NCBI RefSeq assembly: GCF_006345805.1
Contig: NC_042998.1
Span: forward strand, 16,678,001-16,742,000
Source of the DNA: Octopus sinensis
Taxonomy: Eukaryota
DNA: 64,000 nucleotides
Direction: 5' to 3'
This document shows positions 51,687 to 64,000 of the stretch, piece by piece. The position numbers and the translations under genes are program-made. Below the pieces are notes generated by a model. That model saw nothing but the letters and a program-made list of their open reading frames with translations. It made no database searches and was not told the DNA's origin. Position 1 is the first letter of the stretch, and each line of letters opens with the position of its first letter.

Positions 51687-54600
51687 TCTGTATATATAAT
51701 ATATATATATATGTATATATATATAGAGAGAGAGAATAAAAAACACCTTTTATCAATTGAAAATGTAATTTTCTAGATGGTGTAATTTAATTATTCAATT
51801 TGAATTGATAAAACGTGTTTTTTTCTAATTTATATACATATATCATTTTCATTTTTCTAACTACGTAAAAATTACTTTATTCCAATTTTGCCGACTTGTG
51901 GGTTTTCTCTATATTACTGCACCCGTATTTTCTCTGTGTGAGTTTTCAATGATCCTATTCTCAAAGCAAACGGTAATTTAATAATACTACGCAATTCCAT
52001 ATTAGAAAATCCTTTCAATAACAATTCGTATATTACACAATTAAATACAATTTCTTTATTTTGAGTGACTGTACATTGTAATGATTCTCTTCCATGCATG
52101 CTTACTTAACCTACGTAATCATTATAAAGTGTTATGCTATTTAAAGGAAAATTAAAATGCGCCATTGTTCATAATGTAATGAATACGCCAAATATTTGCT
52201 TACTTTTTATATAGCAGAGGTGTATGCATTTCAATACAAGAATTTATAATGTATATTTGAAACGTTTCACTATACCAAATTTTCAAGCATTCATTTTTTT
52301 CTTTTACATATAATGTGTTTACTTACAAATCTTGTTTTGTCCCTTGCTTCCCACGCTAAAAGAATTTACAAAGAAAGCTTTTGTCTTTAAAAAGGAGCTA
52401 TAAATTATATCGGACATAATCATATTTCCTTCATGTTGCAAGTTATTTTAAAGTTTTTTTTAAGTACACTTCAGTTGTCATTAATGAAAATCTGGAAATT
52501 GTTTAATATTGCCCTCAATTACATTATTTCCTTAGTATGTTCATTGAGGGAGCTTCACCGTTACGAATATAAACTAAAAGGATCTCATAATGTATAAAAC
52601 GCATTAAATATATAATGAGATAACATTGGAAATATTACAACAAGAAAAAAAGTTAGGTGAATGGCAAATCTTAGAGTATTTAAATATCTAGGACAAATAT
52701 TAAACCTTCCCAGTAACGTGTTTTCTGATGTGGAATAATTAAATACATCAACGAAATCATTGGCATAATCTCCTGCAGAGAGGTTGGAAATGAAACCATT
52801 TTTCTACAATGTGATGTGGCCGATTTTCTATTCAAAAATATAGAGAAATGCTTCTAAGTATTATCTTAATTTACTTTTTCGCACTTATTAATGTGAGAGA
52901 TGACACCCGAGCTGTACGTTAACAAAACGACCATATTGAAATAAATGTCAGCATCATTAAGATAAATATCAGGAAAATTTAAGCAGGCATACGATATATA
53001 TAATAAAACTGAGACGCTATGTAAGAAGTAAAGATCAATAATATGTGGAGGTAAAAGCTGTTATATTTTTCCCTTGGGTAAACCCCAACAAAGTCACGTT
53101 GCAATTCATTTGTTTTTAGGTAAGGCATATCAAAATGTTCATTGCATTTACGCAGCTAGGCATTATTGCGAATGTTCCAAATTTTGCATAGGACCTGAAA
53201 ATGAGTAGAGAAGAATATTTCGACTTGCTATTGAAAACACTGTTTTCGGAAAATTAGCTTTTAGATTTTACAAGGATAATGGTTTCGGTAACAACAGGCT
53301 TAGGGCGATTTGAGTAATTAGAGGCATAATTAAAAGGGACGTGTTAATCAAACTCTTCATTGGGCAATTGGAAAGAGAATTTGCGAAATATATTTCTGTG
53401 GTAATAAATGGAATCCTTACAAACGCAAAAGCTGCAGATTTATAATCCCGCTATATTCTGATTAAATTTACTACCTCTAACAAATCCAACTGCATTCCCA
53501 TCAGTATTCCAGTCCTCGGCGGTAATTGCAGGTATTCTGACAGTGGCAACACAATCGCAGTTATCAACAATGATATAATTACTAATAACTTCATAAACAT
53601 TAACAACAGCAATTATAAAACACAAAAGATTCCCTTTGCTCAAAATATTATCAATGCTCCTGCGATAACTATTAGGCATATCATTCCTGAAAAGGCCTTT
53701 CCCAAAGTGGAATTGTGGATTGATAAATTAGTCCTATTTAAACAAAAAAAGATGAAATGGAAAATACGTTATGCTCACGTCTGCTCAAATATGGTAAAAA
53801 TTCTCGCATAAAAAAACGAGGCAAAGAAGACACATCTGCGTGATTGCATGATATTTGCTCAACTGCAGCTTGATCTCCCTCGATTTAAACTCTATTTTCA
53901 TCTTGTAAAACAAAATGAATCTTTTAGTATCATACAGTTTTATAAATTTTATGAATCACACAAATATGATTGCAAAGGCGTGAATGCATTTCGTATTAAA
54001 ATTAACCCAGCTTCAGCAAAGTTGTATTCGAGCGAAACATCAATGACATCGAATCGTATGCCATGTGAATAATTATCATGTGAATAGTTACTGAAACAAA
54101 TATCGGAGATAAAATGGAAGAATATATTTGAACCTAGGAAAAATATACGAATTGGTATCAAGATACCGGCTCGATAATTATATTCATGCTATATAATCAC
54201 AACAGAAGGCACAGTAAAAATAAAATAGTTTGGTATCATATAAACTGGAAAAGATGGGGTGAAGAAACCCAACTTGATATCTGACTATAGCAAGCTTAAA
54301 ATTATGTAGCTAATGCAAGGAAAGGTAGACGCCAAATGAATGATTAGTTTTGCCCCTTTGATATAAAGATGTAAATACCTACATCGAATCTAAAATTTTC
54401 AACTACCGTAGAAGGAACTTTGCCAACGTTCAACATGTAGGAGCGAATACCTAACCTCCTCTTAACTTCTGTTAGAATAATGTCATAAATGAAAAGTTAT
54501 TTTTCTATTTGTCGCCATAGAATATTCTCTAACATTGATTGATTGCACGGTAATATATATTCAAAACGTCATCTTATATTTGTAAGAAGGAGCATTGTGC

Positions 54601-57600
54601 ACGCAAGAAAACTATTTAAATTTGCATAAATATTTTATTAAGAGACAGTATTGTGCTTTGTCAAATTCATTATCGAACGAAAACGTTATAATACTATAAA
54701 TAGTCGGAAGCGTATGATTATCACTGTCTCTTTCTCTCTCTCTCTCTCTCTCTCTCCCTCTCTATCCCCTCTCTCTCTCTTTCTCTCATGAAATAACACT
54801 ACACCCAGCATAGAATCTAATGTCAGAATTGTAGGTGACAGTATTACAGAGGAACCCCAAAGTAGCCAACAAAACGATAACATGCATATCAACACCAGCC
54901 GCACTACCAACAATTGCAACTACAAAGGAATTATAACCTAATCTACAATCAAACCCTTTATTGACTGAAATAGTACGGTCATCTGTATCTTATATTCAGT
55001 CGGTAGAAAGATAAAGAAGAATAGGAGCCAAAGGAGAAATAAGATAAAACGAAACCAGTAAAGTTACATGCAATTGTATTCTAGTAAACACTTTACCGAA
55101 GAAAGCTACACATTTTCAAATACATGTACGTAAAAAGATTGAATACTCATTAAAATAGCTACTGTTTTCAATTAGGTTGTTTTCAGCATCTGCTTTTGGT
55201 CGACCACCTGAAATATAGATAAATAACTTGGCTTGGAAAGTCTGCTATCTTCATAGATGCCTGTTATCACTGGGACTATTCCAATTTTTGTGGTACCAGT
55301 ACTAACCCTGTTGAAGAACTACAAATGTACGATGCAGAGAGCAAATGCAGAGTTGTTGCCAAACGTTCTACCCAGGAATCGATGCAATATATATGTGGAA
55401 ACATACGAGATACATACATTTAAATGCTTGTTATTATCTATTTCTGACTGCTATTATATGCTTACACTGTTTTACGTATGCTGCATACTGTAACAAAATG
55501 ACTAACCACAGCAGTTGACATAATGTGAGTTTGGCTTTGAGATCCGATTTTCATGTTATAAACTTAGATTACCTTGGATATATTTCGAGCAAAAATTGGC
55601 CAGGATATGTGTAAATTTATACAACTAGCATTTGATTCTGTTGGAATTTTTGTTCCCTTAGTGGAGTAGCATAACCTAGATTATGATCGTATTGGTGTTT
55701 TTGAGAATAACTATATTTTATCATTTATCATGCGATATTTGTGCAATTGATAAGGACAATTCCCGCCCATGGGAAGTACATTTGCAATGGTATTAAAAAA
55801 ATCTCGCCTATTTTATTTTTTCGAACTCGAATATTTCAGCAAAGACTCTAGAAATTGCCATATTGATATCGAAGAGTTATGAAATTGATGTGGTAGACAG
55901 TGTTTTTGAATAGTATCGAGAGTTAATGAAAGGGAAAGTTAAAAAGATAGGTCTGGGGCTTGCATTCTGTCACTTCATAATTAGAATACGAACGATGGTA
56001 AATAGTATACATCGCACCAAATGAAATAAATATGTACAGTTCGTGAATGGAATATCAATTTTAATCTTAAATAGTGTAATAAAGACCTGCTCCAGAAAAG
56101 CAATATTTACCTGGCATGTTTCAGTCACTGATTTGGTGGTGAAGTTTTACATGCCTAATGCTCTTTGTCACGGGAAATACTGAATAGCTAGCACCACCAT
56201 ATTACTGATAGGATAGGCCCGAGACACATTTGTTGCTCTTGGTGGTGTGTTATCAAGTTATTACGAATGTCGATGTGCAGAGACATGCCGAAAGAGATAC
56301 GTCATGTATGCAGAGCTCCTTAAACGGCAAAGGAGTTGACCCTAATTGGTTGACTGTCGTACTGTTCAATTCTATGCAATTTGGCTGTTTCACCGGGCTG
56401 CATACAAAACCATGCAGTGATCTAGGTTAAGTGTGTGACATCTGGAATGTTAGCTGTTCATTGCATTTTAACACCATTTAGAGAGCCTGCTTTTTAGGGT
56501 TCAGATTTCGCATTCTGTAGAGGCTATTGGCAAGATAATTCGTTGATATTTGAAGAATTTGAAGCTTAGAGATTTATCTACTCTTTCCAAGATCATTGAC
56601 AAATTAAACTCTGTGCATATCTTATTCAACTTGGAGATTTATACATTTAATGTCTTTCTATATATTAATATCCGTTTCTGTCTATTGACATACTTTCGCG
56701 TTATTGTTGATCATTCTTTTTTTTTTACTCAATGTTTGTTTATATATTTCCCGAAACAACATATTTACGTTTTGTTTTGTATTTTACAACCGTAGTAGTT
56801 GTAAACTATTGAATTCATAGCAGCTATCATTTTCTTATTAATGTTTCAATGGATATTATTATTTCATCAAACAAACGGTTACGTTTGTGTTTAGGACTCT
56901 GTATATTCAGTGAGAATTGGTTTTCGATCTGATGTCAAGAGACTCACTCTTTCCGGATCTTCTTTAGGCGTGCGTGAGCTTATGTTTGATATGTCTGTTA
57001 TCTAGGATCGGCATGTCTCATGGCGCTGTGAAGCCGCCTTTTTCTTTATTTTCTGCAACATAAACTCTCTTGACTAAAACATACTGCCAGAAAATGCAAC
57101 TACTGAATATATTCTTCCTCATGACAGCTAATCGCCCGCAATTTCCTTACAAGAATTTCTGTAACTTGATCCACTCACTTAGGAAGCAGTACGACGTTCG
57201 TTTAATATCTGTGTCATCTATTTCTCGTATTTCTTGAAGTTTTATCATGTCTCTCTGTAACTCCATTTGTAGCTTAAGCCTAAGAGTTTACACTCTTCTG
57301 ATTCTGATTTCTATTTAGTTGCATTTTATAGATCTCATTTAATTTCCACATTTTTCGCATTGCGTGGTTTATGATTCTTCATGTTTAATAGTAGTATTCA
57401 ACAAAATTTCTAAGAAATTTAGCTTAGGGATTATGTTTTGTAAATGAATTAAAATATGATTATATTCCTGCTATATACGTAATGTTCTCGCTCAATTACA
57501 AGTGTGGATGCATTATTCCATTATGCTTTTATTATTTCTATTTAGATATTAATATGATTGGTACATGACATTTTTCTCACTAGCTTTTATCGCATTCTTG

Positions 57601-58734
57601 ATGTTATGGTTCTTAATTGTTTTAATTGCCTTTACTTGTTTAGTGTGAACAGTTTCAATAAGACGCTTCTTCAGGCATTGCAAATTTTTAAATTGCCACA
57701 GAGATTACTTGTTGGGACCACTGATGAATTTTCCACAAATAATTCATTTCTTACTTACATGGATTATTAGTATAGTTTACCTGATGATAGATGGCTTTTC
57801 GAAACTCAAATAATTCAAAGAAATCAACTAGTAGACGAAAAGAATCTTCCATGTAAAAAAAAAGATCCTTGTCTTCAAACCATAGAATTACTTAGAAATA
57901 TTAAGCAATTCCCTATTCAAAAAATGTGGTGCTCTATTAAAAGACAACGGACACATTGGTCCGACATAAGCAATTTTTGAATATGTGTAGAATGTATCTG
58001 AATGTAGGACTTATCAGAAAGTACAATTCTGCGTTTCCACAACAACACAATAGAAAGTAGGGATCCATTTCGTTTTATTATTTTGTTGTTTTTCCTTTCC
58101 ACTTTTTTTTCATTATGATCCAGTAAGGTGTTGTAATATGTTACTGAAAAGTGAAAGAAATACGTATACCAAGATATATAGTTTTATAAGTTATGTTTAT
58201 ATATTTTGGAGGTTTTAACTACATTAAATGAGTTATCAATTCCACAAACTCTTTAGCAATAAAGCTATAAAAAATAGCCTAATATAATCATGTGATACAC
58301 AATGTATAACGCGAATACTATGGATATTGAAGAGAATATCGTCAGACGAATAATTGATCATGTTAATGTTTTAGCACATGACTTAATTTTAAATACATAG
58401 AAACAGGTGAGAGCTAGTAGCTGAAAAAAATATTAGAAAAATTAAAGTTTATTTACAAACTGTAGAAACGAAGTATTTCATTTAAAATGTTTTCCTGTTC
58501 AATTCTGTAATTATTCATAATTTTTTTTTTACTTCGAAATGGTCTTTCCGCTTCTTCATCATTCTTCTCTACCTCGTCCTGCTCCTTCTTTTACTTTTTC
58601 CTGTAGAATTATTTCTTAAATACTATGAATAATTTGTCATTATGTCGTAAACATATCTTCATGGTGTACATGAAATTAAAAATATGACATACACACGCAT
58701 ATGTAAAGTGAGGGGTGAGGGATATGCATTTGCG

Positions 58735-58747
58735 TGTACATACATAC

Positions 58748-58835
<88 letters not shown>

Positions 58836-58871
58836 AAATCCGTGCTGCATATATATGCACATATATATATA

Positions 58872-58927
<56 letters not shown>

Positions 58928-58995
58928 TACATACATTCGTATACATAGACACATACATGTATATATATATATATATATACGCATGTATACACACA
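58735..58995. repeat. Long interrupted (TA)n microsatellite
   Basis: Direct inspection. Confidence 0.9.
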
Positions 58996-59320
58996 TACAG
59001 ATGTGTGTATACGAGACACAGCATGACAAATATAGTGCTAAGACAGAGATGAAGCGAGAACAAGAAATGTATGGTAAAAAAATATCTCCATATATTTTCC
59101 CGACACAAAACTTCGTTGACTAAATTTGAATAATTAGTTTCAATACCTTATGAAAATATAATGATGAATTGGTTACGAGATTTATAAATATTAATATGCT
59201 GTATATATAAAAATGAAGTTTTATACACAATATTGGAAACGTCAGTTCGTTCAAGAATACACTTTTTGCTTTTTATCATAAATTATGCTCTCCTATAGAA
59301 ACGGAAGTACATATATTGCT

Positions 59321-59460
59321 TGGCTGTGTGGTAACCAGCCACATGGTTCTGGGTTCAGTCCCACTGCGTGGCATCTTGGGCAAGTGTCTTCTGCTATAGC
59401 CCCGGGCCGACCAATGTCTTGTGAGTAGATTGGATAGATGGAAACTTAAAGAATCCCATC

Positions 59461-59502
<42 letters not shown>

Positions 59503-59722
59503 TTGTGTGTGTGCGTGTGTATGTCTGTGTTTGTCCCCCTAACATTGCTTGACAACCGATGCTGGTGTGTTTACGTCCCCGTCACTTAGCAGTTCGGCAA
59601 AAGAGACCGATAGAATAAGTACTGGGCTTACAAAGAATAAGTCCCGGGGTCGATTTGCTCGACTAAAGGCGGTGTCCAGCATGGCCGCAGTCAAATTACT
59701 GAAACAAGTAAAAGAAAAAGAA
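59321..59722 (+). mobile_element. SINE family A copy with a short deletion in the tRNA head
   Basis: Collinear with 34,107-34,573. The head reads TGGCTGTGTGGTAA|CCAGCCAC. Confidence 0.88.
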
Positions 59723-59728
59723 AAAAGA

Positions 59729-59822
<94 letters not shown>

Positions 59823-59895
59823 CCTTCGCTAAACACACATATGCAAATGTATTCATATATATATAAATTTATATATCCTTGCATTGGATATCTAA

Positions 59896-60095
59896 TGTAA
59901 CGAAGCAGGGGAAGTAAGTGTATACGTGAGGCACTACTGTTAATATTACACGAGACTCAACGCTCTATATCAAAGGTTACAGTGAACTGCTACAAACACG
60001 AACTACCACTCGCTCAGAGTTCTTTGTTTTATAACTTTGTTTTATAAATTTTTCTCTTGAGGTGGTGAGAGCTACATCCTTCCACAACATCTGCC
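59896..60095 (-). repeat. Possible 3' LTR remnant of the adjacent Gypsy element
   Basis: On the minus strand it ends in ...CTTCGTTACA and is preceded by a purine-rich AAAAGGGGAGAAGAGAG (about 60,110-60,126, PPT-like). No second LTR was found. Confidence 0.25.
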
Positions 60096-60129
60096 CTATT
60101 TAGAATCAGTCTCTCTTCTCCCCTTTTAA

Positions 60130-61500
60130 CAATTGAACTCCGCTTCGAGTTTTAATATTCCTTACGTTTAGGGTTAATTTCCACTGCTTCTGTTCATTTC
60201 CATTTTCTGGTGCTAGAATGTGTAGATTCAAATTGTTTGGGTGTTGGTACCTCAAATGTGTCGTTCAATACTTCCATAGGTATTTCATGTCTCGTGACTG
60301 CTTTTTCCGTGAACCTTTTCATAAGCTTTTTAAAATCTTTCTTGTATTCAATATTTTTTCTTCTACCAGGAATACCATTCTTTGAATTTGTATAATTACT
60401 TAATCGTCCCTACTTTCTTTACTATACCTATAGGTTTAAAAGACACTTTGTCATCTAGCTTGAAGAACGTTGAATTATTTATGTCGTTCACCCTTTTTTT
60501 GTAATTCTCAATCTGGCCTTTATAGCAAATATCAACTCTGCGAATGAAATCCACGACGGTGTATTCGAATTACGTGTTAAACAGTACACACTTAAAAATT
60601 GTTGAAGTGCAAAATCTTCCATCACTTCATTGTTCACCTTTTCCAACATCCTCTTGGAGTGTCAACAAAACGCACCGCTTGTCCATTTGACTTAGAAGGA
60701 TAGGGTGGATTGCTGTCATGTTCAATGACGAACATTTTGCAAAATTTTCTGAACTCGTCTGAGGTAAATTGAATTCCATTATCCGAGACAATGGTATCCA
60801 GGATACAACACCTGGTGATGAATTCGTGTAAACAACGTATTGTAACAGCAGATGGCGGCTCTTTAAACATATGCAACTCTCTCTACCACCACAATTTAAT
60901 ATGAACCCTTAAGTTGACATGCGCAATCGATATGCTGTTTGGAACAACTGTTTTTGGCCTCGGTTGCCATTTGATGGTAGGTAATTTTGCAGCTAAGGCG
61001 CACCATCTGCATGATTTCACATATTCTTCAATGTTATGGCCCATTGTTGCCCAGTATACGTAAGTTCTCAGTATACGTATTTGTGTTGCGCATATTTTTA
61101 TCACTTTTAGCGTTTAGTATTTCTTACACATTTTACATTTTTGAATGAATTTATCATTTGCCTATTTCAATTTTATGTATTGTATTTAACAGATAGTTCA
61201 CGAATGACGTTACGCAGAACATTTCAAAATTGATTTTCTGCTCGCGAAGCGGCAATCAAGGAATCTTCAAATGGCTCCGCATTTTTAGAAATCAGTCTTG
61301 ATCGACAATCCGCATGACTAATCTTTTGGATGGTATACACTCCATCTTGAAGTCTTTGTTTAATAATATCGTAAACTGGGCTGGGACCTAACAGTAGTAT
61401 GTGTATGAATTACTCTTTTCGTCCCAAATATCGATAATAATGGACGGTGTTTATTCTGTAGACGAAAACTTTTACTGATTTAGACTAAAATTACACGAGA
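60130..61500 (-). mobile_element. Decayed Gypsy/Ty3 pol remnant (RNase H end, integrase zinc-binding and core domains)
   Basis: HRPLLSIFGTK (TDHKPLL.IFG), DFKME.IPSK..HADC.SRLI, YVYWATMGHNIEEYVKSCRWC and TIVSDNGIQFTSDEFRKFC...SNGQAVRFVDT. Confidence 0.8.
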
Positions 61501-64000
61501 CATGGGATACGTAATCCTACATGTCCTGTAAAAAGTTTAAGAAAATCGGACAAGGGATTTTTATTTTATTGAGGAATGATTTACCTGCATAAAGAAAGAA
61601 ACACAGGGTATAGTCTGGCACGGATCCACTTCTGAGACATATGGCGAATCGTCTCTACAGTTGTTCCCGTGTTTCTTTGCACCAGATTACAAGCGGTTAA
61701 TAGAGAATCGTTCCGTCTTGACTCATAAGTTATTAACGCTACCATCTCCTCAAAATGGCAATACGTAATGTTCGTAGCATATCAACACATTGAACAGAGA
61801 GACGAAGCATTACGCGGTGACCGTCTATCAGATATGACACGTACTCACATATACTGTCCTTACACATATAACTGTGCTCACACATACTAGCTCATAGTCA
61901 CATCTTCTTCACTGTCCTTTCAAAGTTGAAGTCTTATGATGTAGCATATATTTGTTCTAGCCTCATAGCTGCGTTTTATCAACATCTCAGAAGCCATCTC
62001 CAACTGTTTAATTTTTGACATTCATTCTACGTTCTAAGTAAATATATTTTCTTCTAAACCTCTCGTCAACCTGAAAATCAGAATATATTTTCAGATTCTA
62101 CCATTCCATATCTGCTCACTGACAAGTTTTGCATTATTCATTTGGAAAAAGCGTATCCTACTTAAATTCCGAATTAATGTCTAGTTGTTAGAAACATGAA
62201 GATGTTTAGGGAAAGCCATTTTTTGCTTAAAGTCTTGTTTTCTTTACTTAGCTTCCATCTGGAGAACAAGAGTTTATCAATATCTATCTCTCTTCATTTC
62301 AGCGACTGCATTGGTATCGCAGCGCACTTGCTACAATACACATTTCTTGATTTCACCATCATGCATGCTTTTGAAAATATGACTTACGGGATCCCAGTAC
62401 ATGCAGGTGTGAGGTATAGCATTTATTCCTATTATAATCATCACTGTCACTCGAACTGCACCGTTTAATATCCGAATGTCATATATACACCTCTTATGTT
62501 GTTCTCAGTCGGAATCACAACCGATCTCGTTTGATATTCTCTAATAGTTACTGTAAAACCTTCCTGTGTTCGGCTGTTTTCTATAATTCCTATGTGAAAA
62601 TTATTACCTGCATTCTAGTATGTTATGACGAACATATTTACACCTTTTATCGCTTGCATTTCAAGGGCGTTCTTGTCCTTTTGACATCAAATATTGCACT
62701 TCATTTTTATTCTTTCTCAAGTATTTTCGATTGATTCAAATTCTGTAGAAGCGTCATTTTTGCTATTGATACTTTACTCCTCTACGAATGAGGTAACTGG
62801 CAGCGAGAGTTTTTTGGAACGGACTATACACCTTAATTAAGTTTATGCCAATCAGTTACACGCGCAGCTTGAAGATTCAAAAGAAAAGATTTTAACAATT
62901 TTATTTGTCTATTCCCACATATATAATAAAGTGATATTATTCAGACCAGATGTATTCGTAAGCTGTACAATCACTAAACGTTATGTAACACGATAATTTG
63001 ACTTGCGTAGCTTTTATTTTACATCTAAATTGTATAGAATACGGAGTAATACGTTTGGATTTGAATATGGAAAGCACACTTACCTACAATTTAAATACAA
63101 TAACAAAAACAATAATCAATACCATTTTCATGGAAAATATGTAGTGAAATTTCTTTTACATTTCATGATAGCCTTCCATTGCATTTTATGATAATCTACT
63201 GGGAAGAGTTTAGAGTTAGAGAATTTTGCATTATGTCTAAATAAATTGAGACGTGTGCAAATTCATTCAATCAGAATATGTATGAAAACGGGTGTTTTTT
63301 AGATTAAATAAAATAATTTAAATAATATTCAAAATTATTGCGCGAATATGACGTTTGCCGCTCAAACAGAAATGCATTTCTTTCATTGAGGCTGTTGACA
63401 TACTTTTTTGAATTACCATCTGAAATATTTTTTGCCCTAAACTTGAAATTTATCTTTCGTTGGAAACCATCGATTTTATTCACCTTCATTAATCCTTTTG
63501 GATAATGAAAGAAACAGTAGTTACATTGAAGCAACCTTTTTCGCTCAAAGACTAACAAAAATACAAAGAAACAGCCACTATTCGCATGCAGAACGTTAAA
63601 ATAAAAGCATAGTCGCAACAACCATCTCTTTGTTTCTGTTAACACAATATTTGCAGAAGTGAATTGGCATGTGGTAACTCAATGAGAAGCATTTCATTTC
63701 TAACTTAATTTAAAGTAATATTGTATTCAGAGCACTTTAATTTCATAGATATCATTTTTTTTTCTAAATCAAAATAACATCAAATGAAAGGAATTTAATT
63801 CCGTTGTAATCATATAGCTTGTCATTCGGTGCTAGTATTTCAACAATCAAACACGCTATTTCCGGATACCAAATAGTATAAACAAAGTGAAATAAATTCT
63901 CTGTGAAAAGAAAAAAAGTATTTTGAAAACTGCAATCTCTATTCAATAGTTTCCTTGTATTTTAATTGAAACAATGTCTTCAATATTTTGATGAATATTA

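Noticed and set aside
51738-51823. 21-bp imperfect inverted repeat downstream of the PLE
   Set aside because: It is short, AT-rich and homopolymer-laden, and probably part of the repeat's distal sequence.
53440-54940. Hydrophobic or Asn-rich frames at 53.4-53.7 kb and 54.8-54.9 kb as membrane-protein exons
   Set aside because: Several frames on both strands are equally plausible, with no consistent splice chain or family match.
56185-56425. Minus-strand Cys-rich frame (…ELCIHDVSLSACLCTS…) resembling a Ly6/quiver C.C..D.CN ending
   Set aside because: It needs an assumed frameshift to produce the CN motif and has no credible acceptor.
61575-63090. AG|GTAA 'ratchet-point'-like motifs (minus strand about 63,083 and 61,583; plus strand about 53,119)
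   Set aside because: A few such motifs are expected by chance in 64 kb of AT-rich DNA, and no host intron is defined.

Overview
This is AT-rich, microsatellite-dense eukaryotic DNA. Its tRNA-headed SINEs with internal (TA)n/(CA)n tracts look like the octopus SINE families, so a cephalopod (Octopus) origin is inferred. I could not establish any complete host gene, rRNA/tRNA gene or CRISPR array. Most short ORFs in the track are microsatellite or antisense artefacts. The window is a retroelement landscape. (1) R4/Dong-clade RLE LINEs are stacked in or beside (TAA)n tracts at 1-3.9 kb and 35.1-39.0 kb, with a separate fragment at 12.2-13 kb. (2) There are several Penelope-like elements (PLEs). 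One young PLE forms a 3.6-kb inverted structure (47,991-51,597), and each arm carries a hammerhead-ribozyme-like fold. (3) A 2.15-kb element with both ends and an 11-bp target-site duplication encodes only a LINE ORF1-type protein (RRM-like plus CCHC knuckle) and no RT. It is inserted in the tRNA head of a SINE, so it is a candidate 'half-LINE' (HAL1-like) element. (4) There are decayed mariner, Tc1 and Gypsy remnants, many SINE copies and several perfect or near-perfect palindromes. A few repeat-free islands at 41-42.6, 55.3 and 62.3 kb may be host exons but are unconfirmed. All alignments and folds were done by eye, and the boundaries of decayed elements are approximate.
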